Below, in pieces: positions 1 to 10,076 of a stretch of DNA of 42,812 nt. The translations under genes were made by a program, and so were the position numbers. Every line of letters starts with the position of its first letter. Positions within the stretch are counted from its first letter, which is position 1. The DNA is from a virus (taxonomy: Duplodnaviria; Heunggongvirae; Uroviricota; Caudoviricetes): the IMG/VR virus record IMGVR_UViG_2872192773_000007; one strand, given 5' to 3'. Under the pieces are notes generated by a model, which saw only the letters and a list, made by a program, of their open reading frames with translations, had not been told where the DNA came from and searched no databases.

Positions 1-436
1 ATGAAGCGTGAAGAAATCGCTGATCTGATGGCGTTTGTCGTCGTTGCAGAGGAGCGTAGCTTCACTCGCGCAGCAGCCCGCCTGAGCATGGTGCAGTCAG
101 CTTTAAGCCAGATAGTGCGCCGTATAGAAGAACGATTGGGATTGCGGCTTCTGACGCGAACCACGCGCAGCGTTGTACCCACTGAAGCGGGCGAGCATCT
201 TTTGTCTGTTCTTGGCCCTATATTGCATGACATAGATTCTGCCCTGACATCCCTGAGCGATCTGCAGAACCGCCCATCCGGGACAATACGTATTACTACT
301 GTAGAACATGCAGCAAAAACGATATTGTTACCAGCCATGCGCACATTCCTGAAATCGCATCCTGAAATTGATATTCAGCTTACCATTGATTATGGTTTGA
401 CCGATGTCGTTTCTGAACGTTTTGATGCAGGCGTCC
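1..436 (+). pseudogene. LysR-family transcriptional regulator, 3'-truncated by IS600
   Basis: N-terminal HTH region (FTRAAARLSMVQSALSQ) and LysR-type co-inducer domain start; reading frame runs straight into the IS600 right end at 437. Confidence 0.7.
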
Positions 437-479
437 TGAGGTGTACTGGCAATAGCGGACACTACCATTTGTTCTTTTT

Positions 480-1298
480 TTAAGCAGCCATCTGATGATA
501 TTTTTCCCTGAAGGCTGCCGGGGAGATATTCCCCAGACGAGAGTGACGACGCTGACGATTGTAGAAAATCTCAATGTATTCCCGTATTACTGAGATGGCT
601 TCATCCCGGTTATTAAAACGATAGTGGCTCAGGCTCTCATTTTTCAGCGTTCCCCAGAAGCTTTCCATCGGAGCGTTGTCGTAACAGTTACCTTTACGCG
701 ACATTGATGTTTTCAGACCAGACTGCTCCTGTATGACCCGGTAATCGTATGCGCAGTACTGTGAACCTCGATCAGAGTGGTGGATTAGCCCGGCAGGTGG
801 GCGCTGGCTCCTGAGCGCCATAAACAGGGCTTTACCTGTCAGCTCTTTTGTCATGCGCTCTCCCATGGCGTAGCCGACAATTTCACACGTATAAACATCT
901 TTGATGCCAGCGAGGTACAACCATCCCTCCTGTGTGGCAACATACGTCAGGTCCGCCACCCAGACCTGATTTGGTGCTGTAGGAGCGAACGTCTGGTTCA
1001 GCAGATTTGGCGCAACTGGCAGATTGTGGTTCGGGTTCGTAGTCGCTCTGAACTTGCGTTTCTGCTTACAGCGTAGCCTCAGCTCCTTACGAAGACGTGC
1101 CAGTCGGTCACGACCAACGATGATGCCATTCTCTGCCAGCTCCGTCTGGAGCCGCCGGGTTCCATATGTTTCGCGAGTGCGGATATGTGCCACCTTAATC
1201 TCCAGTGTTAGCCGCTCATCACTTTGTTTTCTGTCTGAGGGTTCATGCTGTACCCAGTTGTAATAACCGCTCCTGGATACACCAAATACCTGACACAT
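480..1298 (-). CDS. IS600 OrfB (DDE transposase catalytic subunit)
   Basis: 272-aa ORF with IS3-family DDE region (HSDRGSQYCA...CYDNAPMESFWGTLK). Confidence 0.9.
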   Translation of the reverse strand: MCQVFGVSRSGYYNWVQHEPSDRKQSDERLTLEIKVAHIRTRETYGTRRLQTELAENGIIVGRDRLARLRKELRLRCKQKRKFRATTNPNHNLPVAPNLLNQTFAPTAPNQVWVADLTYVATQEGWLYLAGIKDVYTCEIVGYAMGERMTKELTGKALFMALRSQRPPAGLIHHSDRGSQYCAYDYRVIQEQSGLKTSMSRKGNCYDNAPMESFWGTLKNESLSHYRFNNRDEAISVIREYIEIFYNRQRRHSRLGNISPAAFREKYHQMAA

Positions 1299-1333
1299 CG
1301 CTTCAATGGGAAATTGTTGTCGCCATTGTTCGA

Positions 1334-1636
1334 TTAACGCGTATTTTTCAGCGACTCCTGTGCAAAATACACTGTTGCTTTTTTTAATATATCTCGCTCA
1401 AGGCGAGCTTCATTTAACGCCTTACGCAGTTGCAGAATTTCAGATTCCAGTTCAGCCACCGTGCGGGAACCAGGAGTACCGAGCCCTTTTCTGGCGGCGG
1501 TAACCCATTGTCCTAAAGTGCCTTCAGGAAGGGATAATCGGGAAGCGCCTTCACTGATCGAAAGTTGATTTTCAAGAACCGTTCTGACAGCTTCGGCTTT
1601 GAACTCTTTAGAGTAACGTTGGGTTTTTCTGCTCAT
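1334..1636 (-). CDS. IS600 OrfA (HTH transposase subunit)
   Basis: 100-aa [23 protein letters not shown]..., repeated in all complete IS600 copies in the window. Confidence 0.9.
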   Translation of the reverse strand: MSRKTQRYSKEFKAEAVRTVLENQLSISEGASRLSLPEGTLGQWVTAARKGLGTPGSRTVAELESEILQLRKALNEARLERDILKKATVYFAQESLKNTR

Positions 1637-2163
1637 TATTAGCTCCTTCTGATGCCATTCTATTTCAGGAAGGAGTGTCCGTTAAACTCAGGCTACCTCA
1701 CTTATTCTAAGCAACCGGGTAGCATCATACGGGGCAATTATGGCCGCATTACCATACATGCAACTGTACATAGCTGATTACCTGGCTGACACCATGCATT
1801 TGTCAGCAGAGGAGCACGGCGCGTATTTGTTGCTGATGTTCAATTACTGGCAAACAGGAAAGCCAATACCCAAAAACAGGTTGGCAAAAATTGCCCGTCT
1901 GACTAACGAGCGATGGGTTGATGTTGAACCATCCTTGCGGGAGTTTTTTTGTGATAACGGCGACGAATGGATGCATCTTCGGATTGAGGAAGATCTGGCA
2001 TCTGTCAGAGAAAAATTAACCAAAAAATCAGCCGCAGGAAAAGCATCTGTTCAGGCCAGAAGAAGCAGAAAGGAAGCAGATGTTCAAACAAAACAAGAGA
2101 GAAATTTAACAGGTGTTCAAACAGATGTTGGAGTGGTGTTCGAACATGATGCTGGATTTGCCC

Positions 2164-3069
2164 CTATATTTCCAGACATCTGTTATCACTTAACCCATTA
2201 CAAGCCCGCTGCCGCAGATATTCCCGTGGCGAGCGATAACCCAGCGCACTATGCGGATGCCATTCGTTATAATGCTCGAACGCCTCTGCAAGGTTCTTTG
2301 CTGCCGTTAACCCGTCTGGTTTGGGCATGATACTGATGTAGTCACGCTTTATCGTTTTCACGAAGCTCTCTGCTATTCCGTTACTCTCCGGACTCCGCAC
2401 CGCCGTGTTCTTCGGTTCAAGTCCCAACATCCGGGCGAACTGGCGTGTTTCATTAGCCCGGTAGCATGAACCATTATCCGTCAGCCACTCCACTGGAGAC
2501 GACGGAAGATCGTTGCCGAAGCGGCGTTCCACTGCTCCCAGCATGACGTCCTGTACTGTTTCACTGTTGAAGCCGCCGGTAGTCACCGCCCAGTGCAGTG
2601 CCTCACGATCACAGCAGTCCAGCGCGAACGTGACACGCAGTCTCTCTCCGTTATCACAGCAGAACTCGAACCCGTCAGAGCACCATCGCTGATTGCTTTC
2701 TTTCACGGCCACTCTGCCTGTATGTGCCCGTTTCGATGGCGGTACAGCAGGTTTTCGCTCAAGCAACAGCGCATTCTGGCGCATGAGCCGGTAAACACGT
2801 TTGGCATTGATCGCAGGCATACCATCAAGTTCTGCCTGTCTGCGAAGCAGCGCCCATACCCGACGATAACCATACGTGGGCAGCTCTCCGATAACATGGT
2901 GTATACGGAGAAGCACATCCGTATCATCAGTGTGACGACTGCGGCGGCCATCCATCCAGTCATCGGTTCGTCTGAGAATGACGTGCAACTGCGCACGCGA
3001 CACCCGGAGACAACGGCTGACTAAGCTTACTCCCCATCCCCGGGCAATAAGGGCGCGTGCGCTATCCAC
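2164..3069 (-). CDS. insD: IS2 transposase InsD
   Basis: 301-aa ORF, identical in both IS2 copies. Confidence 0.9.
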   Translation of the reverse strand: MDSARALIARGWGVSLVSRCLRVSRAQLHVILRRTDDWMDGRRSRHTDDTDVLLRIHHVIGELPTYGYRRVWALLRRQAELDGMPAINAKRVYRLMRQNALLLERKPAVPPSKRAHTGRVAVKESNQRWCSDGFEFCCDNGERLRVTFALDCCDREALHWAVTTGGFNSETVQDVMLGAVERRFGNDLPSSPVEWLTDNGSCYRANETRQFARMLGLEPKNTAVRSPESNGIAESFVKTIKRDYISIMPKPDGLTAAKNLAEAFEHYNEWHPHSALGYRSPREYLRQRACNGLSDNRCLEI

Positions 3070-3392
3070 TTTTTTGCCCGTCCATATTCAACGGCTTCTT
3101 TGAGGAGTTCATTTTTCATCGTTTTCTTGCCGAGCAGGCGCTGGAGTTCTTTAATCTGCTTCATGGCGGCAGCAAGTTCAGAGGCAGGAACAACCTGTTC
3201 TCCGGCGGCCACAGCAGTAAGACTTCCTTCCTGGTATTGCTTACGCCAGAGAAATAACTGGCTGGCTGCTACACCATGTTGCCGGGCAACGAGGGAGACC
3301 GTCATCCCCGGTTCAAAGCTCTGCTGAACAATTGCGATCTTTTCCTGTGTGGTACGCCGTCTGCGTTTCTCCGGCCCTAAGACATCAATCAT
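3027..3392 (-). CDS. insC: IS2 InsC
   Basis: 121-aa [28 protein letters not shown]...; upstream in-frame extension in the ORF track is leader. Confidence 0.85.
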   Translation of the reverse strand: MIDVLGPEKRRRRTTQEKIAIVQQSFEPGMTVSLVARQHGVAASQLFLWRKQYQEGSLTAVAAGEQVVPASELAAAMKQIKELQRLLGKKTMKNELLKEAVEYGRAKKWIAHAPLLPGDGE

Positions 3393-4230
3393 CTGTTCTC
3401 CAATGACTAGTCTAAAAACTAGTATTAAGACTATCACTTAAATAAGTGATACTGGTTGTCTGGAGATTCAGGGGGCCAGTCTAGATGCCAACACAAAGGC
3501 AACTAATAAAGATACAGATAAAGATCTAAAAACAGATCTAACCCATCCCAAACCCTTCCCTTCCGGAAGGGAGTTTCGGGATTTTGTGGCTGGAGTGCTT
3601 GAGGGGAGATTATCTGGCGGTACTGCAGCGGAATTTTGTAATTCTGCGGTGGTTGCGTTGCAGGCTGCTGGCCTGGATGTCTGTCGTGAGTATCCGGTGC
3701 CAGAGCGTGGTGACGGTTGCGGAGGGCGGATTGATATCGTCGTGACTGACAGGAACGGTGTCCGGTGTGGGATCGAGCTTGACCGAAATTCTCCGCGACA
3801 GAAATCACTGCTCAAAATCGGTGCTGTTGAAACCGGGATATGTGTCTTGCGGCGCAGTGATATCGCAAGGCACACCGAGCAGGGAATTCTGGTTATCGGT
3901 GGGGCTGTTCGCCAGAAAAAATTTGACCCGTTGTCAGTTGATCTGCCCGACTGGTTGCCAGAAACACTCTGGCATGAGTGGGTCCAGTTCAGGCAGGCAT
4001 TGCGAAAACCGATTCGAACGGAGCTGGGCGCTAACGGGGCGATACGGGAACTGGAAAAATTCCGTCAGCAGGGTTTTACACCTGAGCAGGTGATTCGACA
4101 CAGCATCGCCAATGAATACCAGGGTCTGTTCGCGCCGAAAGGTGTTCGGCCTGAGACGTTGCTCCGACAGGTTAACACCGTCTCGTTGCCGGACAGTGCG
4201 ATCCCGCTAGGCTTCAGGGGGTAACAGACC

Positions 4231-4974
4231 ATGAAAAATATTGCGACAGGAGGCGTTCTGGAGCGTATCCGCAGACTGACCCCACCACATGTAACCGCCC
4301 CATTCAGAACGGTTGCGGAGTGGCGCGAGTGGCAACTTGCTGAAGGCCAGAAACGTTGCGAGGAGATCAACCGCCTGAATCGTCAGTTGCGGGTGGAAAA
4401 AATCCTCCGCTCCGGCATCCAGCCGTTGCACCGGAAGTGTTCGTTTGCGAATTACCGGGCGCAGAACGACGGTCAGCGACATGCACTGAGTCAGGCGAAA
4501 TCCATAGCTGACGAACTGATGACAGGCTGTACGAATTTTGTGTTCAGCGGTAAGCCCGGCACCGGAAAAAATCATCTTGCAGCCGCGATTGGCAACCGGC
4601 TGATGGCGAAGGGGCGTAGCGTGATTATCGTCACCGTGTCCGATGTCATGAGCGTGTTGCATGAGAGCTACGACAACGGCAAATCCGGTGAAAAATTTTT
4701 ACAGGAGCTTTGTGGTGTTGACCTGCTGGTCCTGGATGAAATTGGCATGCAGCGGGATACGAAAAACGAGCAGGTGGTACTGAACCAGATTGTTGATCGC
4801 CGGACGGCATCGTTACGCGGTGTGGGGATGCTGACAAATATTAACCATGCAGCGATGAATACACTTCTCGGCGAGCGGGTGATGGATCGCATGGTCATGA
4901 ACGGCGGGCGCTGGGTTAATTTTAACTGGGAGAGCTGGCGTCCGAATGTTAGCCATTCGAGGGTTGTTAAGTAG
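4231..4974 (+). CDS. DnaC-like replicative helicase loader (phage replication ATPase)
   Basis: Walker A GKPGTGKNHLAAAIG and Walker B DLLVLDEIG; sits directly after the replication-initiator gene, as in Rac ydaU-ydaV. Confidence 0.8.
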   Translation: MKNIATGGVLERIRRLTPPHVTAPFRTVAEWREWQLAEGQKRCEEINRLNRQLRVEKILRSGIQPLHRKCSFANYRAQNDGQRHALSQAKSIADELMTGCTNFVFSGKPGTGKNHLAAAIGNRLMAKGRSVIIVTVSDVMSVLHESYDNGKSGEKFLQELCGVDLLVLDEIGMQRDTKNEQVVLNQIVDRRTASLRGVGMLTNINHAAMNTLLGERVMDRMVMNGGRWVNFNWESWRPNVSHSRVVK

Positions 4975-4988
4975 TTTCAGGAGGATTT

Positions 4989-5411
4989 ATGGCGAAACCT
5001 TTTACTCCCGAACAGCGGGAAGAACTGAAGACGCGAATTGTGGAACTCGTGCATCAGGACGGTCGGGTCACGATTCGGCAGTTGTCCGATGAAACAGGTA
5101 TCAGTCGTGCGTCTGTCGGTCGCTTATGCATAGAACTGGTCGCAAGTGGTGATGTATATAATTCTGGCTACGGCTTATTCCCGTCTGAACAGGCTCGCAA
5201 GGACTGGCAAAGCGCCCGCAAAAAACTCTCGAGAGTAAAGGTGAGGAAACCGGTTGTTGTTGATCCGGACCTTATCTGGTCATTACCTGACGGAGAAATA
5301 CGCCGCTACGACAGGCGCCTGAATATAATCTGTCGCGAGTGCCGGAAGAGCGAAGCTATGCAGCGTGTACTGGCTTTCTATCAGGGTAATTTTCAGGAGG
5401 CGATACTGTGA
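4989..5411 (+). CDS. hypothetical phage protein with winged-helix-like segment
   Basis: 140-aa ORF with GGAGG-type RBS; HTH-like VTIRQLSDETGISRASVGRL. Confidence 0.5.
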   Translation: MAKPFTPEQREELKTRIVELVHQDGRVTIRQLSDETGISRASVGRLCIELVASGDVYNSGYGLFPSEQARKDWQSARKKLSRVKVRKPVVVDPDLIWSLPDGEIRRYDRRLNIICRECRKSEAMQRVLAFYQGNFQEAIL

Positions 5412-5468
5412 ATGAAATTAGCTATCAGGCTTCAATTACCGCTGGCATTCGCATCAAAGGAGAGGAGC

Positions 5469-5825
5469 ATGGAAATAAAACCAGAAGATGAGTTAAGCAA
5501 TATCGTTTTATTTCCGATAAAAGAGGATGACCCTCGTAATCAGGTTAATTTTCTTTATAAGCCATCGGAAAGACCATATTGCCATCACGCCTCTGTACGG
5601 GTTGACGAAAAAGAGCGTCAGGTCCGCTGTAAAATCTGCGGTGCGGTTGTGGAGCCGTTTGACTGGATGCTCTCTGTGGCAAAAAGAGAAACCAGACTGG
5701 CAGATGATGTAAGGCTATTGCGCCAGGAGGAACAGGAAAGGCGGAGAAATATAGAAAAGCTGATACAGATTGAGCGTAACGCGAAAGCGCGGATACGCAG
5801 GGCGACAAAATCCAGAACTGAATAA
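5469..5825 (+). CDS. hypothetical phage protein
   Basis: Start chosen at the ATG after RBS AAAGGAGAGGAG; contains CHH...CKICG cysteine pattern. Confidence 0.4.
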   Translation: MEIKPEDELSNIVLFPIKEDDPRNQVNFLYKPSERPYCHHASVRVDEKERQVRCKICGAVVEPFDWMLSVAKRETRLADDVRLLRQEEQERRRNIEKLIQIERNAKARIRRATKSRTE

Positions 5826-6137
5826 TTAAATTTAGCACTGTTAAAAATTTAATCCTTAACCGGAGGGATTTCTGCACCCTCAAATCATCAGGAGACCGCC
5901 CGAAAGGGCGGTAATGAATGGTTACATTATTTAGAAAAAAATATCCGCGAAAGAGTAGAACAACAGAATTCCTGTTTCTCATTCTGTTTATCGTGTTGAT
6001 GACACCGATATCCCCGCAAATTTTTGTCTGGATAATCGGAAAAATAATTGAGCCAGTTATTGAATTGTATAACGACGTGGTATGGGCGTCATTCAACACA
6101 CTGCACAATAAAATTAATCCGTATAAGGAAAGCTGAT

Positions 6138-6503
6138 ATGGCACTGACGAAAAAACAACGTGCAGAACTGCGCATGAAGTTCGGTGGTCGCTGCGCTTAT
6201 TGCGGCTGCGAACTTGGCGAAAAGTGGCATGCAGACCATGTAAAACCGGTCATTCGTTTTGATGGAAATATGCTTCACCAGGAACGTGACGATATATCCA
6301 ACATGGTACCAGAATGCCACCCATGCAATCTGCACAAGCATTGCAGTAGCCTGGAAGATTATCGACGAATTATCAGTGATGGTCGTCGTGAATTCCTTGC
6401 GTCCGGGAAAGGCAAAGCGCTGGTTCGTATGGGATTGGTTGAAATGAAATCTGACCCGGTTGTGTTCTGGTTTGAAAAATATCAAGAAGGGGCTACGGCA
6501 TGA
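6138..6503 (+). CDS. HNH endonuclease
   Basis: CAYCGCEL...HADHVKP...ECHPCNLHK HNH signature; start at ATG after AAGGAAAG RBS. Confidence 0.65.
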   Translation: MALTKKQRAELRMKFGGRCAYCGCELGEKWHADHVKPVIRFDGNMLHQERDDISNMVPECHPCNLHKHCSSLEDYRRIISDGRREFLASGKGKALVRMGLVEMKSDPVVFWFEKYQEGATA

Positions 6504-7165
6504 CTACTATTACCAAAGAGCGACTGCAATGGCTGGCTAACATTTCTGGCCGCGATGATATTGACGATATAGACGGCGGTGAAATTCGTGAACTGGCGCT
6601 TATCGCTCTGGCATCACTGGAAGCAGAGCCTGTAGCGGAATGCATTGTTGAAGATGGGGGCATGTGTATTGACGGGTTCGGTGAGTATGTGGGTCACTCG
6701 CTGCCTGATGGAATGCATGAGCTTTATGCTGCCCCGCGAATGCGACAACCTGATGGATGGAAAGCCGTAGCTGTAGCGTGGAAGGTGACGTTTACTCAAG
6801 TTGACCAGGAATCTAATACGTTCACTGCTATATATTTTTACAAAGCGGAAGTTGAGCGTTGGGTACGACTGCATAAAGCATGTGATTTTCGGGCAGATAT
6901 AACACCGCTTTACGCAGCGCCGGCAGTGCCGGTTGCAGTAAACGACGACATGGCTTACGCATTCCATCACGCACTGTCAGATTCATCGCTTGGCTCTGAT
7001 GAAATCGAAGAAATTAAAACCGGTTTGCGTGCTGCCTTTGCCAACGTCACTATCCAACCAGAGCCGATAGTGCCGGATGAAATCGGGCCAAACGATAGTA
7101 ATACGTTTGATTATGTTGATGGCTGGAACGCCTGCCGCGCTGCCATGCTTAAGGGAGATAAATAA
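6500..7165 (+). CDS. hypothetical phage protein
   Basis: 221-aa ORF, stop/start overlap with both neighbours. Confidence 0.5.
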   Translation: MTTITKERLQWLANISGRDDIDDIDGGEIRELALIALASLEAEPVAECIVEDGGMCIDGFGEYVGHSLPDGMHELYAAPRMRQPDGWKAVAVAWKVTFTQVDQESNTFTAIYFYKAEVERWVRLHKACDFRADITPLYAAPAVPVAVNDDMAYAFHHALSDSSLGSDEIEEIKTGLRAAFANVTIQPEPIVPDEIGPNDSNTFDYVDGWNACRAAMLKGDK

Positions 7166-7530
7166 TGATTAATCGAACCAAACTGGAGCACATTCTCGAA
7201 TATGCCAGGCAGCAGAAATGTATTGGGCAACTTTGTAAAATTCCACCAGGAGATATGGTTGAAATCGTGGAAATGGCCATGCGTAAGGCTGGCAACTCTC
7301 CGGTAACTCTGGCTGGCTGGATAAGCTGTAGTGATGCAGTTCCTGCTGAATATTGCGATGTGATTCTTCTCGATGATCTCGGGAATGTATTCCCCGGTTC
7401 CTGGGATAAGGTTTTTTGCCCCACTCGTGGCGGGAATAAGATGGCTTTTGTGGACAAAGACGGCGTTGAAGTAGAGAGCTCAACTCACTGGATGCCGCTA
7501 CCGGAACCACCGCAGGAGGTGAATCAATGA
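7165..7530 (+). CDS. DUF551-like phage protein
   Basis: C-terminal MAFVDKDGVEVESSTHWMPLPEPP resembles DUF551 prophage proteins. Confidence 0.5.
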   Translation: MINRTKLEHILEYARQQKCIGQLCKIPPGDMVEIVEMAMRKAGNSPVTLAGWISCSDAVPAEYCDVILLDDLGNVFPGSWDKVFCPTRGGNKMAFVDKDGVEVESSTHWMPLPEPPQEVNQ

Positions 7531-7610
7531 CCTGGCCTGAGGCATTCACCACGGTAGGAATTGCGATGGCGGTGGCGCTGGTGGTGTATTCGATTTGCCG
7601 TTGGGGTTAA
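7527..7610 (+). CDS. small hydrophobic protein (27 aa), translationally coupled
   Basis: ATGA overlap with upstream stop; MTWPEAFTTVGIAMAVALVVYSICRWG; followed by a terminator. Confidence 0.3.
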   Translation: MTWPEAFTTVGIAMAVALVVYSICRWG

Positions 7611-7616
7611 CAAACA

Positions 7617-7646
7617 AAAACCCCGGATTGATGGTCCGGGGTTTTT
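7617..7646 (+). terminator. rho-independent terminator
   Basis: AAACCCCGGA-loop-TCCGGGGTTTTT hairpin with T-run. Confidence 0.5.
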
Positions 7647-7984
7647 GAAGGAAACAAAACAGAAACAGCAATTGCCGTTACCTGTTGTTACCATGGCAAG
7701 TAAACGTATCTCAGGCGAGCGCATTGCGCCGTTCTGACGCAGATAAATTAGCCTGGATAGAAGGTGCTGGCAATAAAAAATAGCGTTTTCTTATCGGTAT
7801 CGGTAAGATTGCTGCGGGTGCTTGAGGCTGTCTGCCTCGGGCATGCCACTGTAAGGCAGACAGAGAAAAGCCCCAGTTAACATTACGCGTCCTGCAAGAC
7901 GCTTAACATTAATCTGAGGCCCAATCTATGTCTCACAAATGTAGGTTAGCCTCTTACGTGCCGAAAGGCAAGGAGAAGCAGGCT

Positions 7985-8140
7985 ATGAAGCAGCAAAAGG
8001 CGATGTTAATCGCCCTGATCGTCATCTGTTTAACCGTCATAGTGACGGCACTGGTAACGAGGAAAGACCTCTGCGAGGTACGAATCCGAACCGGCCAGAC
8101 GGAGGTCGCTGTCTTCACAGCTTACGAACCTGAGGAGTAA
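7985..8140 (+). CDS. hok: Hok/Gef-family type I toxin (51 aa)
   Basis: MKQQKAMLIALIVICLTVIVTALVTRKDLCEVRIRTGQTEVAVFTAYEPEE, recognised Hok-family sequence; structured leader upstream and terminator downstream. Confidence 0.8.
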   Translation: MKQQKAMLIALIVICLTVIVTALVTRKDLCEVRIRTGQTEVAVFTAYEPEE

Positions 8141-8207
8141 GAGACCAGGCGGGGGAGAAATCCCTCGCCACCTCTCATGTGTCAGGCATCCTCAACGCAC
8201 CCGCACT

Positions 8208-8232
8208 AAACCCGCTTCGGCGGGTTTTTTGT
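8208..8232 (+). terminator. rho-independent terminator after hok
   Basis: AAACCCGC-TTCG-GCGGGTTTTTTGTT. Confidence 0.5.
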
Positions 8233-8415
8233 TGCGTGCTGAATACGCAGGGTGAAAAATAACCATATATTTGATTATATACACAACAAAAAATAAAAGT
8301 CATTGTACTTGCACATTAAACAATCAAATATACGGCGTGAAATAAATATTTATCAGATTAATATTTTTGTCTCTATGTGGATATAACCGTTTGTACTTAT
8401 AAACCTGGGGGCATC

Positions 8416-8628
8416 GTGGAAAAAATAAAGAAACTATTTAGTAGCAAATACGCAGTCATACGTCGTGATGACCTGTCAGTTATAGTCGAAATGGATTACT
8501 TCCCTGAAACCCCAAAATCAATAATGTATCGTAATGGTCGAAAGGCAATTTTTTTACCGATGAGGGTAAGTGACATTATGGGAAATGATAAACTGCTGGA
8601 TGAATTGCGAGTCAGAGCATCCTGTTAG
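8416..8628 (+). CDS. hypothetical protein (about 70 aa) in AT-rich island
   Basis: GTG start after CTGGGGG RBS; no recognisable domain; IS1 inserted 2 bp past its stop codon. Confidence 0.35.
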   Translation: MEKIKKLFSSKYAVIRRDDLSVIVEMDYFPETPKSIMYRNGRKAIFLPMRVSDIMGNDKLLDELRVRASC

Positions 8629-8645
8629 TAGGTAATGACTCCAAC

Positions 8646-9149
8646 TTACTGATAGTGTTTTATGTTCAGATAATGCCCGATGACCTTGTCATGCAGCTCC
8701 ACCGATTTTGAGAACGACAGTGACTTCCGTACCAGCCTTGCCAGATGTTGTCTCAGATTCAGATTATGTCGCTCAATGCGCTGAGTGTAACGCTTGCTGA
8801 TAACGTGCAGCTTTCCCTTCAGGCGTGATTCATACAGCGGACAGCCATCCGTCATCCATACCACGACCTCAAAGGCCGACAGCAGGCTCAGAAGACGCTC
8901 CAGTGTGGCCAGAGTGCGTTCACCGAAGACGTGCGCCACAACCGTCCTCCGTATCCTGTCATACGCGTAAAACAGCCAGCGCTGACGTGATTTAGCACCG
9001 ACGTAGCCCCAATGTTCGTCCATTTCAGCGCAGACAATCACATCACTGCCCGGTTGTATGCGCGAGGTTACCGACTGCGGCCTGAGTTTTTTAAGTGACG
9101 TAAAACCGTGTTGAGGCCAACGCCCATAATGCGTGCACTGGCGCGACAT
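8646..9149 (-). CDS. insB: IS1 InsB frame (expressed as InsAB' by frameshifting)
   Basis: 167-aa ORF overlapping the insA 3' end. Confidence 0.85.
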   Translation of the reverse strand: MSRQCTHYGRWPQHGFTSLKKLRPQSVTSRIQPGSDVIVCAEMDEHWGYVGAKSRQRWLFYAYDRIRRTVVAHVFGERTLATLERLLSLLSAFEVVVWMTDGCPLYESRLKGKLHVISKRYTQRIERHNLNLRQHLARLVRKSLSFSKSVELHDKVIGHYLNIKHYQ

Positions 9150-9343
9150 CCGACGCCATTCATGGCCATATCAATGATTTTCTGGTGCGTACCGGGCTGA
9201 GAGGCGGTGTAAGTGAACTGTAGTTGCCATGTTTTACGGCAATGAGAGCAGAGATAGCGCTGATGTCCGGCAGTGCTTTTGCCGTTACGCACCACGCCTT
9301 CAGTAGCGGAGCAGGAAGGACATCTGATGGAAATGGAAGCCAC
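9068..9343 (-). CDS. insA: IS1 InsA
   Basis: 91-aa [43 protein letters not shown]. Confidence 0.85.
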   Translation of the reverse strand: MASISIRCPSCSATEGVVRNGKSTAGHQRYLCSHCRKTWQLQFTYTASQPGTHQKIIDMAMNGVGCRASARIMGVGLNTVLRHLKNSGRSR

Positions 9344-9476
9344 GCAAGCACCTTAAAATCACCATCATACACTAAATCAGTAAGTTGGCAGCATTACCCT
9401 GTTAGTATTGGCATTAATTCTGGTATACTACATAACGGGCTGAACACCCATTCTACTGCGCCAGCGGAGAACTACG

Positions 9477-10076
9477 ATGGCGCATATACAACTGGTCAAA
9501 CAAACCTCTTCCGGATTACTTCTCCCGGCGACGCCGGAGAGTTGCGATTTTTTGCATCAAATCAAAATAGGTGAGTGGATACACGCAGACTTTAAGCGTG
9601 TGCGTAACTACGCATTCCACAAGCGTTTTTTCAAACTCCTGCAACTGGGATTTGATTACTGGACTCCGGTCGGTGGGGCGATCACGCCTCGCGAACGAAA
9701 ACTGGTATCAGGCTTCGTTGATTACCTGTGCGAATCAGTAGGTCGGGAACACACTCCAGCCCTGAGTGATGCCGCAGAGCAATACCTTAATACAGTTGCG
9801 ACATGCAGAACCCGGGATACGGCATTGCTAAAGTCGTTTGACGCTTTCCGCGAGTGGGTAACCATTCAGGCCGGATTTTACACCGAGCATATTTATCCTG
9901 ATGGTAGTCGTGGGCGCAGGGCAAAATCTATCGCATTTGCGAACATGGACGAAACCGAGTTTCAGCAGGTTTATAAATCTGTACTGAATGTGCTGTGGAA
10001 CTGGATCCTGTTCCGTAAATTTTCCTCTCCGGAGGAAGTCGAAAATGTGGCCGCGCAGTTACTGGAGTTTGCGTAA
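9477..10076 (+). CDS. hypothetical lambdoid nin-region protein
   Basis: 199-aa ORF with GGAG RBS; precedes YbcO-like and Q-like genes. Confidence 0.55.
   Translation: MAHIQLVKQTSSGLLLPATPESCDFLHQIKIGEWIHADFKRVRNYAFHKRFFKLLQLGFDYWTPVGGAITPRERKLVSGFVDYLCESVGREHTPALSDAAEQYLNTVATCRTRDTALLKSFDAFREWVTIQAGFYTEHIYPDGSRGRRAKSIAFANMDETEFQQVYKSVLNVLWNWILFRKFSSPEEVENVAAQLLEFA

Larger units (their letters stand above)
437..1700 (-). mobile_element. IS600 (IS3 family) copy 1, complete, 1264 bp
   Basis: Ends TGAGGTGTACTGGC... and ...GGCTACCTCA; boundaries set from orfA start +64 and orfB stop -43; flanking triplets do not match (no TSD seen). Confidence 0.9.
2153..3483 (-). mobile_element. IS2 copy 1, complete 1331 bp, with 5-bp TSD GATGC
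   Basis: Ends TGGATTTGCCCCTATATTTCCAGACATC and ...GGGGGCCAGTCTA; GATGC at 2148-2152 and 3484-3488. Confidence 0.9.
1740..4224 (+). pseudogene. phage replication protein (DUF1376-like N-terminus), split by IS2
   Basis: N-terminal motif YIADYLADTMHLSAEEHGAYLLLMFNYW; coding frame is continuous across 1740-2152 and 3489-4224 once IS2 and one copy of its 5-bp TSD are removed. Confidence 0.6.
8631..9398 (-). mobile_element. IS1 copy 1, 768 bp, with 9-bp TSD CTGTTAGTA
   Basis: Ends GGTAATGACTCCAACTTACTGAT and ...GTTGGCAGCATTACC; CTGTTAGTA at 8622-8630 and 9399-9407. Confidence 0.9.

Noticed and set aside
1024-1503. ORFs antisense to or overlapping IS600 genes (for example 1024-1263, 1205-1387, 1306-1503, and their equivalents in every IS600 copy).
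   Set aside because: They lie on the opposite strand of recognised transposase ORFs, recur identically with each IS copy and have no independent signals.
2593-3327. ORFs inside IS2 on the plus strand (2593-3024, 3057-3257, 3100-3327 and the copy-2 equivalents).
   Set aside because: Antisense to insC/insD; artefacts of the IS sequence.
3586-4224. ORF-track entry 3586-4224 as an independent 212-aa gene.
   Set aside because: It is the downstream part of the IS2-interrupted replication gene; the frame is open from the IS2 boundary and the GTG start is an ORF-caller artefact.
5545-6144. 199-aa minus-strand ORF spanning the intergenic region and the HNH gene start.
   Set aside because: Overlaps better-supported plus-strand genes, lacks an RBS and has low-complexity composition.
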